Source: an uncultured virus (IMG/VR IMGVR_UViG_3300050821_004776) (taxonomy: Duplodnaviria > Heunggongvirae > Uroviricota > Caudoviricetes). From it: DNA of 56,021 bases. A program made the position numbers and the translations under genes. Of this stretch, positions 7,562 through 16,641 are shown in pieces. The DNA is taken from the IMG/VR virus record IMGVR_UViG_3300050821_004776, one strand, 5' to 3'. The notes under the pieces were generated by a model. It was not told where the DNA came from. It was given only the letters and a program-made list of their open reading frames with translations, and made no database searches. The stretch's first letter is position 1. Each line of letters begins with the position of its first letter.

Positions 7562-8788
7562 ATGAAGCGGCGTACCCTCGCCATCCTGGTCACCCTTGTG
7601 GCCGCCTTCGGTCTTACCCTGGCTGTCGCAGGCCCGGCCTTCGCCAGTCAGCCGGCACCGGCCGGCATGTCTGACACGCCTTACTCCACCTACGTGAATC
7701 TCGGCTGGTCAGCGGTGTCCGGCAGCAGCGTGTACCACTACCAGGTGGAACGCAGCAGCGACGATTCCCTGGTGGCCAGCGCCAACACGGCTAATACCTA
7801 CGCGCACAATGTCGGCCCGCTTACCGCCAGCACCGGTTACCGGTGGCGCGTGTCGAGCTACACGCCCACAGGCGCGTGGACCGGCTGGAAGTCCTTCACC
7901 ACGACCTCGTCGGGCGGCGGCGGAGGCGGCACGTTCTCGTGTACGACCGGTCCCGCGCCTGGCGGCGACTGCGGCCCGTATTCCGATCCGGCGGTCGCGC
8001 CGAGCGTGAACGACTTCCCGCCCGGTAATACCGGTGACGGCCCCACCACCGTGGAGAACCAGGCGGTCGGCGGTAACGGCTGGACGTCCACCCTTGGCGC
8101 GAACAGTCCCGAGGACTGGGCGGCGGCAGTGAACGTCACGGCAGCGCAGGCGAGTGCGTGCGGGGGCTGCGTCGCGGCGTACGTATCCACCCAGAGCGAT
8201 ACCTATAACAACAACGACTGGAGCACGGGCGAGCCGGCCACGGTCCCGCTGAGCGACTTCAGCGACGTGACATCGAGCTACACCAGCGCGATGCCGGCCG
8301 CCGCCTCGGGCGTGACCGCCGAGAGCGCGTACGACGTGTGGACCAATGCGTGGAACGGCGAGACGATGATCTGGACCGACCAGCAGAATCGTCTCGGGGA
8401 TACGCCTGGCCTGGCATGCGGTACCGGCCAGCCGGCGAATTCCTCCAGCCCGTCCGACACCTACATGGGCGTCGTCGCGACTAACGTCTCGTTCGGCGGC
8501 ACCAATGGCGTGCCCGTCGAGAGCTGGGATCTGTGCGTGAACGGCACGCCCGCTGCGGCGGACGCGGTCAATGACAACGTCGAGTACATCTGGTACCTCC
8601 CCGGCGCTCAGCAGGATTCCGGTTCCGTGGATGTCCAGGCGATGGTCCAGTACGAGATCAGCCATGGTCTCCTGCCGGCCAATAGCGGTTACACCGCGAT
8701 CAACTACGGCTTCGAGATCTGCCAGACCAATGGCACGCAGAACTTCTCGGTGGCCAAGTACACGATCACGGGCTACCCGGCTAGCTGA
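7562..8788 (+). CDS. Secreted fibronectin-III plus GH12-like glycoside hydrolase
   Basis: Signal peptide (PAFA/S); FN3 (LGWSAVSG...YRWRVS); SAYDVW...ETMIW and YGFEIC motifs. Confidence 0.7.
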   Translation: MKRRTLAILVTLVAAFGLTLAVAGPAFASQPAPAGMSDTPYSTYVNLGWSAVSGSSVYHYQVERSSDDSLVASANTANTYAHNVGPLTASTGYRWRVSSYTPTGAWTGWKSFTTTSSGGGGGGTFSCTTGPAPGGDCGPYSDPAVAPSVNDFPPGNTGDGPTTVENQAVGGNGWTSTLGANSPEDWAAAVNVTAAQASACGGCVAAYVSTQSDTYNNNDWSTGEPATVPLSDFSDVTSSYTSAMPAAASGVTAESAYDVWTNAWNGETMIWTDQQNRLGDTPGLACGTGQPANSSSPSDTYMGVVATNVSFGGTNGVPVESWDLCVNGTPAAADAVNDNVEYIWYLPGAQQDSGSVDVQAMVQYEISHGLLPANSGYTAINYGFEICQTNGTQNFSVAKYTITGYPAS

Positions 8789-8851
8789 TAGGCTTGACGC
8801 TAGTCCCGGACGGCGGAAGCGCCCTGCACGCTGTCGTCGTCCGGGGATCAT

Positions 8852-8928
8852 AGCGGGGTGGAGGAGTTCGGCACCTCGGCGGCCTCATAAGTCGCAGATC
8901 GCGGGTTCAAATCCCGCCCCCGCCACCA
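8852..8928 (+). tRNA. tRNA-Met(CAT), initiator-like
   Basis: Full cloverleaf, anticodon loop CTCATAA, T-loop TTCAAAT, encoded CCA, 1:72 mismatch. Confidence 0.95.
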
Positions 8929-9100
8929 GGAATAATCGCGCAGGCGGCGAGGTTATGCAGGCTATGAACTCAATCGTGACTATTCTCGTCGCCATTTACC
9001 GCGCCAACCCGCTGCGCCCGCATTGCGTGCAGCCCGACCAGCATGTCCGCCTGTGCCGCTGGCTTGGCTTGGACGGCCCCCGCTGCGGGGACTTCGACGG

Positions 9101-9715
9101 CTAATGCAGGGTTACGAAAAGAACCGTGGCGAGGGCCGCTAGCGCCGAGATGGCCGCGATCACGAGGGCAATCTGTGAGTGCCGCCCTTGTGTCGCGGCC
9201 TTGTCCTGCGCCTGCGCAAACGTGGTCTGCCACCGGATGTCCTCTACCGAAGAACTGACTCCCTGGTCTTTGCCGGCCCCGAGATCGAGCCGGGAAGTCA
9301 GCCGCAGCTCCAGGGTGTTCATCCGCTCGGTAAGCCGGCTCAGCCCCTCGTCAAGCTTGTCCACCAGTGCCCGGTGAGCGCTTTCGTATTCGGCGCGCGG
9401 CAGGAACGTCCGGGCCTGGTCGGAGAGCTGGCCACGGAACTCGTTCCCGGCCCTGAACCGCTCGCCTGCGGCGGTCTCCGCTTTGTCGCTCGCTTCCTTG
9501 GACGCGGTCAGGGCTGCCTGAACGGCCTTGTCCGCCGCGTCGAACGCTGTTTTCATGGCCGTCTGCTGAGCGACGAACGCGGCGTCGGTGGCCTTAGTCT
9601 GCGTCGCGTAGCGTTCGTCCAGCTTGGCGCTCAGGTCACGCAGCAGGGTTTCCAGGTACGTCCTGAGGGTGTCGATGGTCCAGCCGCTCGCGCTGTCCAT
9701 GGTCTCGCCGCTCAT
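9101..9715 (-). CDS. Coiled-coil protein with C-terminal transmembrane helix
   Basis: ORF track; TACCCT-N6-ATG; only leftward gene in the rightward arm. Confidence 0.85.
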   Translation of the reverse strand: MSGETMDSASGWTIDTLRTYLETLLRDLSAKLDERYATQTKATDAAFVAQQTAMKTAFDAADKAVQAALTASKEASDKAETAAGERFRAGNEFRGQLSDQARTFLPRAEYESAHRALVDKLDEGLSRLTERMNTLELRLTSRLDLGAGKDQGVSSSVEDIRWQTTFAQAQDKAATQGRHSQIALVIAAISALAALATVLFVTLH

Positions 9716-9749
9716 GCTGCCAGGGTAGGGGGTGCGTTAGGATGACGCC

Positions 9750-10022
9750 ATGTCACTAGACGAGCAGTGGGCCGAAGCCCTGGACGACGTCGCCCTCAGT
9801 TACCTGTATGCCATCTGCGACCGGCTGATCGAGGGGGACGACAAAGTAGAGCCCTACGCGCATTTGCGCACCAAGGGCGAGCAGGACACCGCCTGGGCGG
9901 TCAAGCACGAGTTCGAGCGCCGCCTGGCCGCACAGGACGGTAACGACGATCCGCTCTCTTCCGAGTTTCACGGCGGTGTCTGGTACACGGCTGGCGCTCG
10001 CCGGCAAGCTGCTACCGCATGA
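9750..10022 (+). CDS. Hypothetical protein
   Basis: ORF track; TAGGAT-N6-ATG. Confidence 0.8.
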   Translation: MSLDEQWAEALDDVALSYLYAICDRLIEGDDKVEPYAHLRTKGEQDTAWAVKHEFERRLAAQDGNDDPLSSEFHGGVWYTAGARRQAATA

Positions 10023-10225
10023 AGTCTTACGTGATGACCGTCCTCGAAGAGGAGACCGCAGGGCGCAAGGGCCTGTACGGGCTCCACATCGAAGAAGACG
10101 GCGAAGCCCAGGGAGACGGCGCTGTCCGGGGCGGTCTCGCGGACGCGCTCTACTGGCTGGCGTTCGCGGAAGGCCAGGTACTCGATGGCAAGCTGACACC
10201 GCATGAAAGGAGTCCGCATGACTGA
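10019..10225 (+). CDS. Hypothetical protein
   Basis: ATGA overlap. Confidence 0.75.
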   Translation: MKSYVMTVLEEETAGRKGLYGLHIEEDGEAQGDGAVRGGLADALYWLAFAEGQVLDGKLTPHERSPHD

Positions 10226-10379
10226 AGTCCTGGACGATGACGAACTTCTGCGGAGCGCCCTGGAATTTTTCATGCACGGGGACGCGTTCTTGCGAGTTAG
10301 CTACGATGAGGGCGAGCCTGCGGGCGTGAAAACGGTCTGCCTGCACGAGGGCTGTAGTCCTGCCTGGGAGGGCGCATGA
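10218..10379 (+). CDS. Hypothetical protein (53 aa)
   Basis: AAGGAG RBS; MTEVLDDDELLRSALEFF... Confidence 0.7.
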   Translation: MTEVLDDDELLRSALEFFMHGDAFLRVSYDEGEPAGVKTVCLHEGCSPAWEGA

Positions 10380-11002
10380 CTGACGTCGATCACCCCGCTT
10401 ACTACGGCGGGGACGAAAATCCCTATGAAGCCATCAAGGTCATCGAGGCGTGGGGCCTTGGTTTCCGGCTCGGTAACGCGGTCAAGTACATCGGCCGTCC
10501 GCAGAAGGGTGCGCATCTCGAAGATCTCCGGAAGGCCCGCTGGTACCTGGACCGGGAGATCGGGGCGCTGGAGGCAGAGGCGGCTGAGCGCGAGGAGCGC
10601 GCTGCCGCTTCCCTGAACTTCCCTGGCCGGCTCCACGGCGATGGCGGTGAAACGCCCGGCATCTACGACCAGATGACAGCCGCCGGGGAGGCGTGGGCCG
10701 GCGTGCTGCCGGAAACCGCGCCCCTGAAGGCTGTGTCCGCCGGCGACACGGTCCCGGTGCAGGCGCATGAGGTGTTCCCGTCCGTTAACTCAACCTGGAC
10801 CTGGGAGTCCGGGACGCCGGACGAGTGCAGGGTCCAGGTTGAGCAGGTGACCAAGACCCGGGGCAAGCGCAGCGTGAAGTGCCTGATTTTGCAGGTGAAT
10901 AACGCTGACGAGCAGAAGAGGGTCGGGGACACCTACGACGTGCCGCCCGAGCGTTTCTGGGAGGCCGTGCTGCCGCGCCTGGAGGCTAAGGATCGTGCCT
11001 GA
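10376..11002 (+). CDS. DUF3310-domain protein with C-terminal extension
   Basis: VDHPAYY...EAIKVIEAWGLGFRLGNAVKYI...EDLRKARWYLDREI. Confidence 0.85.
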   Translation: MTDVDHPAYYGGDENPYEAIKVIEAWGLGFRLGNAVKYIGRPQKGAHLEDLRKARWYLDREIGALEAEAAEREERAAASLNFPGRLHGDGGETPGIYDQMTAAGEAWAGVLPETAPLKAVSAGDTVPVQAHEVFPSVNSTWTWESGTPDECRVQVEQVTKTRGKRSVKCLILQVNNADEQKRVGDTYDVPPERFWEAVLPRLEAKDRA

Positions 11003-11654
11003 GGAGAAGGGCATCGAGCAGGAGGCGCGGGACCTCGTATACGGGGCTCGCGCCGCCAGCTACGGCCATCCCCGCGCCGATTTCGCGATCATCGCCAGGG
11101 TGTGGTCGGGTCTTCTCCAGGACGTGCTGAAGGACGGCGCGGAACTGGACGCGCACCGGGTGGCCGTCCTGATGACCGGGCTCAAGCTGGCGCGCCTGGT
11201 GAACTCCCCCCTGTACCGCGACTCCCGCGTGGATGTCGTCGGCTACATGCTGACGATGGAACGCCTGGACGAGGCGGCTGAGGAGTCCCCGTGCGGGCAC
11301 AAATCCGCGTGCGACTGTGCAGAGCCTCGCTGCCCCGCTCACGGGAAATCCCGCTGTCCGGCGTGCTCGCAGAACCCTGTACCGGAGAACTGCCAGTGCG
11401 GCTATTTCGCCTCTACGGGCATGCACTGGGATACGTGCCCTGGCCGTGTCCGGTCTTTCCCCGCGCCGGAGCCAGCTTACGACCAGGCTCTCCCCTGGCA
11501 GCCCCCCGGCAGGGTCATGCAGTGCATGGGCGTGTGCTGGGTGCGAGATCCGGCAGGACGCGCCTGGCTGAAGGAAAGCGGCGACCGGTGGGTACGGCTC
11601 ACCGAAAGTGCCGCCGCGCCGTACGCCGAGCATGAGTCCCGGTGCCATAAGTGA
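10995..11654 (+). CDS. DUF6378-domain protein with Cys-rich tail
   Basis: LVYGARAASYGHP...FAIIARVWS...LKLARL...DSRVDVVGY. Confidence 0.8.
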   Translation: MPEEKGIEQEARDLVYGARAASYGHPRADFAIIARVWSGLLQDVLKDGAELDAHRVAVLMTGLKLARLVNSPLYRDSRVDVVGYMLTMERLDEAAEESPCGHKSACDCAEPRCPAHGKSRCPACSQNPVPENCQCGYFASTGMHWDTCPGRVRSFPAPEPAYDQALPWQPPGRVMQCMGVCWVRDPAGRAWLKESGDRWVRLTESAAAPYAEHESRCHK

Positions 11655-12094
11655 GGATCTATCTCGCCGGCAAGATGACCGGCCTGCCGTATTTCAACGC
11701 GCACTGGTTCGACGGTGCCACGGTGAAGCTCCGGTCCCTGCCCGGCATCACGGAAGTGTGCAATCCGGTGGAGCACGACCGGGAACTGGGCTTCGAGCCG
11801 CTCAGGGTCTCCTCCGGCTCCCTGGAAGAGGCGGCGGCACTGGGTTTCCGTCAGGACGTCGCGCTCGGCTGGGACTGGACGTGGATCGCGCGGTACGCGG
11901 ACTGCGTGGTGGCCGGCCCGAGCTGGACGGACAGTCCCGGCGCTATCAGCGAAGTCGCCTGTGCTCAGGCTCTGCGCAGGCCCGTGTACGAGTACGGCCC
12001 CTTCCTGCGGAACTACGGGGGGCTGTCCTTGCTTGCCTGCGCGCTGCCGCCCATTATGGAACTAGGCGGACAGGCGGGGAAAGGAATCGGGTGA
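11651..12094 (+). CDS. DUF4406 / nucleoside 2-deoxyribosyltransferase-like protein
   Basis: MRIYLAGKMTGLPYFN...NPVE...WTDSPGAISE. Confidence 0.85.
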   Translation: MRIYLAGKMTGLPYFNAHWFDGATVKLRSLPGITEVCNPVEHDRELGFEPLRVSSGSLEEAAALGFRQDVALGWDWTWIARYADCVVAGPSWTDSPGAISEVACAQALRRPVYEYGPFLRNYGGLSLLACALPPIMELGGQAGKGIG

Positions 12095-12303
12095 CCGAGC
12101 GGAACACGGAGAACTTCCAGGCACAGTACGTCCCGCCCCCGCCGGCTCAGGACGGCCACATCTGGGTCAAGGCCCCGGTGGACGCCAGGGGCAATAAGCT
12201 GTATTCCGATCTGCACCTGAGCCCTGAGCACGCCGAAGACCTGATCGCGGCGATCCAGGTCGGGCTGAAGGCTTACCTGGATTACGTCGCCGGCCTAGAC
12301 TGA
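12091..12303 (+). CDS. Hypothetical protein
   Basis: GTGA overlap; AAGGA RBS. Confidence 0.7.
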   Translation: MTERNTENFQAQYVPPPPAQDGHIWVKAPVDARGNKLYSDLHLSPEHAEDLIAAIQVGLKAYLDYVAGLD

Positions 12304-12307
12304 GACT

Positions 12308-12739
12308 GTGAGCTATCCGGAGTGGGGCGTCTCTGCCGGTCCTGTGCGGTGCCGTGGCTGCAAGGAGGCACTGCTTCCCGGTTCCCCGATCTGGATCAAG
12401 TCCAAGGGTGTGTACTACTGTAACAGTTGCGGGCTGATCGCTGAGCAGAACCTTGGGGAGATCAAGCCCGGCGGTATCGAAGAGGGCCTCATCAGGGACC
12501 TGGGCAAATTTCCCGAAGAGGCCATCGATACCGCCCTGTCCAAGTCCGCGCTGTACATGGCCCGGCAGCTCGACAACGGCGACGTAGCTCCCCGTGAGGT
12601 CACGCAGTACACCAAGGAGATCCGGCTCAATTTCTTGCAGATCATGGAGCTGTACCCGCCCGAGGAAGAGGCCGACGACACCGAAGACCGGCGTGAGAGG
12701 CTCCAGGAGCGCCGCCGTCGTGAAGCGGGCGGAATTTAG
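12308..12739 (+). CDS. terS: Probable terminase small subunit
   Basis: Helical ALYMARQLDNG...VTQYTKEIR with acidic then Arg-rich tail, as in actinophage TerS; lies upstream of TerL. Confidence 0.55.
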   Translation: MSYPEWGVSAGPVRCRGCKEALLPGSPIWIKSKGVYYCNSCGLIAEQNLGEIKPGGIEEGLIRDLGKFPEEAIDTALSKSALYMARQLDNGDVAPREVTQYTKEIRLNFLQIMELYPPEEEADDTEDRRERLQERRRREAGGI

Positions 12740-12765
12740 CTCGCGGGCCGGGTGTTACAGCCGTC

Positions 12766-13038
12766 ATGACGGACACGACACCAGACCGCCTGCGCATCCC
12801 GGGCAAGGACAATTACGGGAAGCTCCGGCAGGAGTTCGCCGACACGCTAGCAGCGGCAGACGACGCTGAGTACCTGAAGATCGCGGAAGAGCACATCTGG
12901 CTCTCGGCTTTCGCGACCAGTAACCCGCGCTCGGACTGGCACTGGCAAGCTGCTGCCTGCTACGACGAGGCCAAGCGCCGGGGCAGCCCCGGCTTGTACG
13001 AACGGGCCTGGAAGCGGGCATCGGGAACGGGGGATTAA
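12766..13038 (+). CDS. Hypothetical protein
   Basis: ORF track. Confidence 0.75.
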   Translation: MTDTTPDRLRIPGKDNYGKLRQEFADTLAAADDAEYLKIAEEHIWLSAFATSNPRSDWHWQAAACYDEAKRRGSPGLYERAWKRASGTGD

Positions 13039-13478
13039 TGAACGATAACGACGAGACGCGGCCGGTCACCGCTGACGAGGTCATCGCTTTCGCTCGCGAG
13101 CACGGCTTTCCCATGACCGCGTGGCAGGAGAAGGCAGTCCGGGACCTGCTGTCCGGTGAGTTCACGATCGGCGACATCTGGAAGGCACCCCCTCGGGCCA
13201 CCGCGATTCCGCCTCATGTGCGGCAGTGGCTCGAAGGCTGCGCCTGGGACGCCGTGCCCGTGATCCGGGATGAGATGCCCGGACTTCCGCTTGACGAGCT
13301 GACTGAGGCCGTTAACTCCTGTCCGTGCGCCGGTACCGGCTGGCTCGGCCGCGAATGGCTGGAGAACCGCGAGCCGGCATGCACGTGCGGTGAGCAGACC
13401 GATGATTTCGAGCACACGCTGCACGCCATCGACTGCGATGCTGTTCCGTGTCCCTTCTGCCCTCTGGAGACGTTGTAA
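13038..13478 (+). CDS. Hypothetical protein, Cys-rich C-terminus
   Basis: TAATG overlap. Confidence 0.75.
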   Translation: MNDNDETRPVTADEVIAFAREHGFPMTAWQEKAVRDLLSGEFTIGDIWKAPPRATAIPPHVRQWLEGCAWDAVPVIRDEMPGLPLDELTEAVNSCPCAGTGWLGREWLENREPACTCGEQTDDFEHTLHAIDCDAVPCPFCPLETL

Positions 13479-13768
13479 TGCCGCCGTGGGAACACCAGGG
13501 GATCAAGACCCGGCGCATCCTCCTGATGGTCTTCTACGAGGGGCCATGGGAGAGGCTGCAAGGTCTTCTCCTGGGCGTGCGGAGTGATCCCGGCATGCCG
13601 CTCCGCTGGGAAGTCGGGCACAATCCCACGGGCCTGTGCTGGGTGGCCGGCAAGGCCGCCGAGTGGTGCGAAACCCGGGATTACGTGTGGCGCGAGCGGT
13701 ACGCTAGGAACGGGAAAAAGCCCCGCGATCGCTGGCGCAGGAGCCATCATGACGATGCCGAAGCATGA
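13478..13768 (+). CDS. Hypothetical protein
   Basis: TAATG overlap; GGAG RBS. Confidence 0.65.
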   Translation: MPPWEHQGIKTRRILLMVFYEGPWERLQGLLLGVRSDPGMPLRWEVGHNPTGLCWVAGKAAEWCETRDYVWRERYARNGKKPRDRWRRSHHDDAEA

Positions 13769-14009
13769 TCATCCCGGTTACGGGTGGCTGGCGGTAGCAG
13801 GCGTGGTAATAGCCGCCGACGCCACGGGCAACCGGACACTCAGTGAGCTGTTCCGCACCTCGGCGAGGCACCCTGTCGCAGGCCCGTTCGTGGTCGTCGG
13901 CTGGGGGACGCTCACCGCGCACCTGTTCGGCCTCATCCCGCCGCAGTACGACCCCGTGCACCAGCTCGCCTGCCGGTCCAGGAGCTGCACTCATGCCCGA
14001 ATCCGGTAA
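13749..14009 (+). CDS. Small membrane protein
   Basis: AGGAG RBS; GWLAVAGVVIA...TLSE...WGTLTAHL. Confidence 0.75.
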   Translation: MTMPKHDHPGYGWLAVAGVVIAADATGNRTLSELFRTSARHPVAGPFVVVGWGTLTAHLFGLIPPQYDPVHQLACRSRSCTHARIR

Positions 14010-14325
14010 GCCGCGCGGGTATCTCTGGGCGCAGGACGAGCTGGACATCTTTCACGCGCACCCGGACTTCACCCCCAGGGAACTGCACGAGCTGCTGCCG
14101 CACCGGAGCATATCGGCTATCGCGCAGCTCAGGCAGCGCGGCCAGTTCAAGAAGGCGTCTCCGGCGGTCAAGGCCACGGGCGAGTACGTAGAGACCGTCG
14201 CCGGCTACCTGGTGGACGAGTCCGCGTGCATGGGGATCTGGCTGAGATGGAATGGCTACACGTCCTACCGGGAACTGATCCGGGACTCGCGCGGCTGGGT
14301 CACGGTCCTGTGTACCGCGAAATGA
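13993..14325 (+). CDS. Hypothetical protein (possible HTH)
   Basis: AGGAG RBS; W..DEL...LLPHRSISAI. Confidence 0.7.
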   Translation: MPESGKPRGYLWAQDELDIFHAHPDFTPRELHELLPHRSISAIAQLRQRGQFKKASPAVKATGEYVETVAGYLVDESACMGIWLRWNGYTSYRELIRDSRGWVTVLCTAK

Positions 14326-14417
14326 GTTACGCGCCGTGAACTACTGCCACAAGTGCGGCCAGTGGCGCTGGATCAGCTTGTGGTACATGTGCAAGGAGTG
14401 CGGGGAGGCGTTCATAG

Positions 14418-14711
14418 ATGACACGACGGCAGCGGAACCCTATTGGGACGAAGCTGATGAGCCTGGATAAGGAACCAGGCCGGGTAACTGTCACGCCTAT
14501 TGAGGGCGATCCGGAGTGGTGGGGCTACTGGGTCGCCTATGTGGGTGATGTGCGGGTGAACGGCGGCCTGTGCAAGACCAAGTGGCAGGGCCGGGACCGG
14601 GCTCGCGCGGCTATCTCTAATTACCGGGCCAAGAGGTGGGTCCAGACGCATATCTGGGACGTCGAGACCTTCGCGTGGCTGGACAAGAGAGAGCTGCCCG
14701 ACCAGGACTAG
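14418..14711 (+). CDS. Hypothetical protein
   Basis: GGAGG RBS. Confidence 0.75.
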   Translation: MTRRQRNPIGTKLMSLDKEPGRVTVTPIEGDPEWWGYWVAYVGDVRVNGGLCKTKWQGRDRARAAISNYRAKRWVQTHIWDVETFAWLDKRELPDQD

Positions 14712-14720
14712 ACTGCCTGT

Positions 14721-16400
14721 GTGACCACCCCGCGCGTAGAGCGCATCGAGCTGCCAGACGGCACGTTCATGGAAGGGCCGCTGCTCGGCAGCCAGATGCC
14801 CCGCCTGTATAAGCTGCCCGACCGGCATACTGAGCGCGTTCCCGACTGCCCCATGTGCGAGCTTGAGGGCGCAGAAGGGCACGGTCACGGCTGCGGGGAG
14901 CATATAGCCGAAGAGGCCCTGGAATGGGCCAAGGGGTTCGGCTACGACCTGGACCCCTGGCAGCAGTGGTGCATCAGGCACATGATGAGCCGCAAGCCGA
15001 ACGGCAAATGGGCTGCGCGGAACAACGTGCTCATCGTTCCCAGGCAGAACGGCAAGGGCACCATCCTGGAGGTCCGGGAACTGGTCGGGCTCTTCCTGCT
15101 GGAAGAAGAGCTGATCATCCACACCTCGCACCAGCTCAAGACCAGCCTTAACCACCTGCTGCGGCTCAAGACCGTAATCCAGGAATACCCGGTGCTGGAC
15201 CGGAAAGTCAGCAATATCCGTGAGGGCAACGGCAAGGAAGCCATTATCCTCAAGCCGAAGAAAATCCTGATCATGGGCTCGGACAGCAAGTACGTAACCC
15301 GGCGGCGATCCTCCAAGCTCGAATTCCATGCCCGGTCCGGCTCGGCCACTTCCCGTGGTTTCTCCTGTGACTTCCTGGTCTATGACGAGGCTATGATCCT
15401 GAGCGATGAGCAGGTCGGCGCGTCGCTGCCCACCATGTCCGCCCGGCCCAACCCGCAGATCGCCTATACCGCTTCCGCTGCCCTGGAAGACGAGACGGTC
15501 TCGGTGCAGCTCGCCAAGATGCGCCTGAACATGCGCAAGGGACGCCCTAACCTGTTCGGTGCCGAATGGTCTGTCAACCCGCACGACGAGGGCTGTGCGC
15601 GGGACGAGGCCAAGGGCCGGAAGTCGAACTACTTCATCACCTGCCCGAAGCACGATGACCGCGATGATCCCCGCGCCTGGGCTCGGGCCAACCCGGCGAT
15701 GGGCTACAGGATCAGCCTGGAGTTCACGCAGGACGAACTCGACAACATGCCCGACCGGAAGTTCGACATCGAGCGGCTGGGCATCGGCAACTGGCCCTCG
15801 GACGAAGAACCCTGGATTACGATCAGCCAGCCGGCCTGGAAGGTGCTCGTTAACGAGGACCCCGGTTTCCCCACTCCGCCCGTGGTATTCGCTTTCGACG
15901 TGGCCGAGGACGGCGAGTCCGCCACCATCGCGTGCGCCTGGGAGCACAAGCAGAAGCGCATCGTCCTGGAGATTCCCCCGGACGGCTCCCGCCAGGGAAC
16001 AAAATGGGTGATCGGCCGGTTGGACAAGGCGTACAAGAAATGGCGGCCCCTGGCCATCGCCGTGCCGAAGTCCGGTCCCGGGGCAGGGCTGCTTGACGAT
16101 GCCGTACGGAAGTGGGGAGACCGTGTCTACCCTGTCGGGCCTGGCGAGGAGGCAGCCGCGTTCGCGTTCTTCATGCAGCAGGTCAAGGACAAGCGCCTGT
16201 GGCACTTCGGCGAGGAGAAGGCCGCGACGCTCTGGCACGCTGTCGGCCGCGCTGATACCCGCGTGGTCGGAGACGGCGGCAAGGCGTGGTGCCGGCGTGA
16301 CAGCGAATCGGATATCTCGCCCATCACCGCCGCCACTCTCGCGGCATACGTCCTCAACAAGAAGCGCAGGAACTACGACCTGACCAATACGGTGGCTTAA
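14721..16400 (+). CDS. terL: Terminase large subunit
   Basis: Walker A PRQNGKG, Walker B LVYDEA, ANPAMG, nuclease FAFDV...DISPITAATLA. Confidence 0.95.
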   Translation: MTTPRVERIELPDGTFMEGPLLGSQMPRLYKLPDRHTERVPDCPMCELEGAEGHGHGCGEHIAEEALEWAKGFGYDLDPWQQWCIRHMMSRKPNGKWAARNNVLIVPRQNGKGTILEVRELVGLFLLEEELIIHTSHQLKTSLNHLLRLKTVIQEYPVLDRKVSNIREGNGKEAIILKPKKILIMGSDSKYVTRRRSSKLEFHARSGSATSRGFSCDFLVYDEAMILSDEQVGASLPTMSARPNPQIAYTASAALEDETVSVQLAKMRLNMRKGRPNLFGAEWSVNPHDEGCARDEAKGRKSNYFITCPKHDDRDDPRAWARANPAMGYRISLEFTQDELDNMPDRKFDIERLGIGNWPSDEEPWITISQPAWKVLVNEDPGFPTPPVVFAFDVAEDGESATIACAWEHKQKRIVLEIPPDGSRQGTKWVIGRLDKAYKKWRPLAIAVPKSGPGAGLLDDAVRKWGDRVYPVGPGEEAAAFAFFMQQVKDKRLWHFGEEKAATLWHAVGRADTRVVGDGGKAWCRRDSESDISPITAATLAAYVLNKKRRNYDLTNTVA

Positions 16401-16541
16401 ATGGTGTCCTGGAAAGACGTCGCAGTGCATTACCCCGAGTTCGTGCAGTGGATAGTGGCTAAGTTCGGCCCGCTGCCGGACGGGGAAGTTAACAGGGCGG
16501 ACTACGAATGGTTCGCTGAGGCTTACCAGAGGAGTTCGTGA
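16401..16541 (+). CDS. Small hypothetical protein
   Basis: Hand-translated, 46 aa, abuts TerL. Confidence 0.5.
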   Translation: MVSWKDVAVHYPEFVQWIVAKFGPLPDGEVNRADYEWFAEAYQRSS

Positions 16542-16542
16542 C

Positions 16543-16641
16543 ATGAAATTTAACTGGGAAGCGCTTACGCCTCTCGGCAAAGCGGTATACGCGGCCCTGA
16601 TAATCGCGGGCATTGTTCTCCTGGTCTGGGGGCTTTACTGA
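16543..16641 (+). CDS. Small membrane peptide (32 aa)
   Basis: GAGGAG RBS; one TM helix. Confidence 0.55.
   Translation: MKFNWEALTPLGKAVYAALIIAGIVLLVWGLY

Noticed and set aside
14412..16613. 733-aa minus-strand ORF
   Set aside because: Antisense shadow of TerL, expected with high GC3
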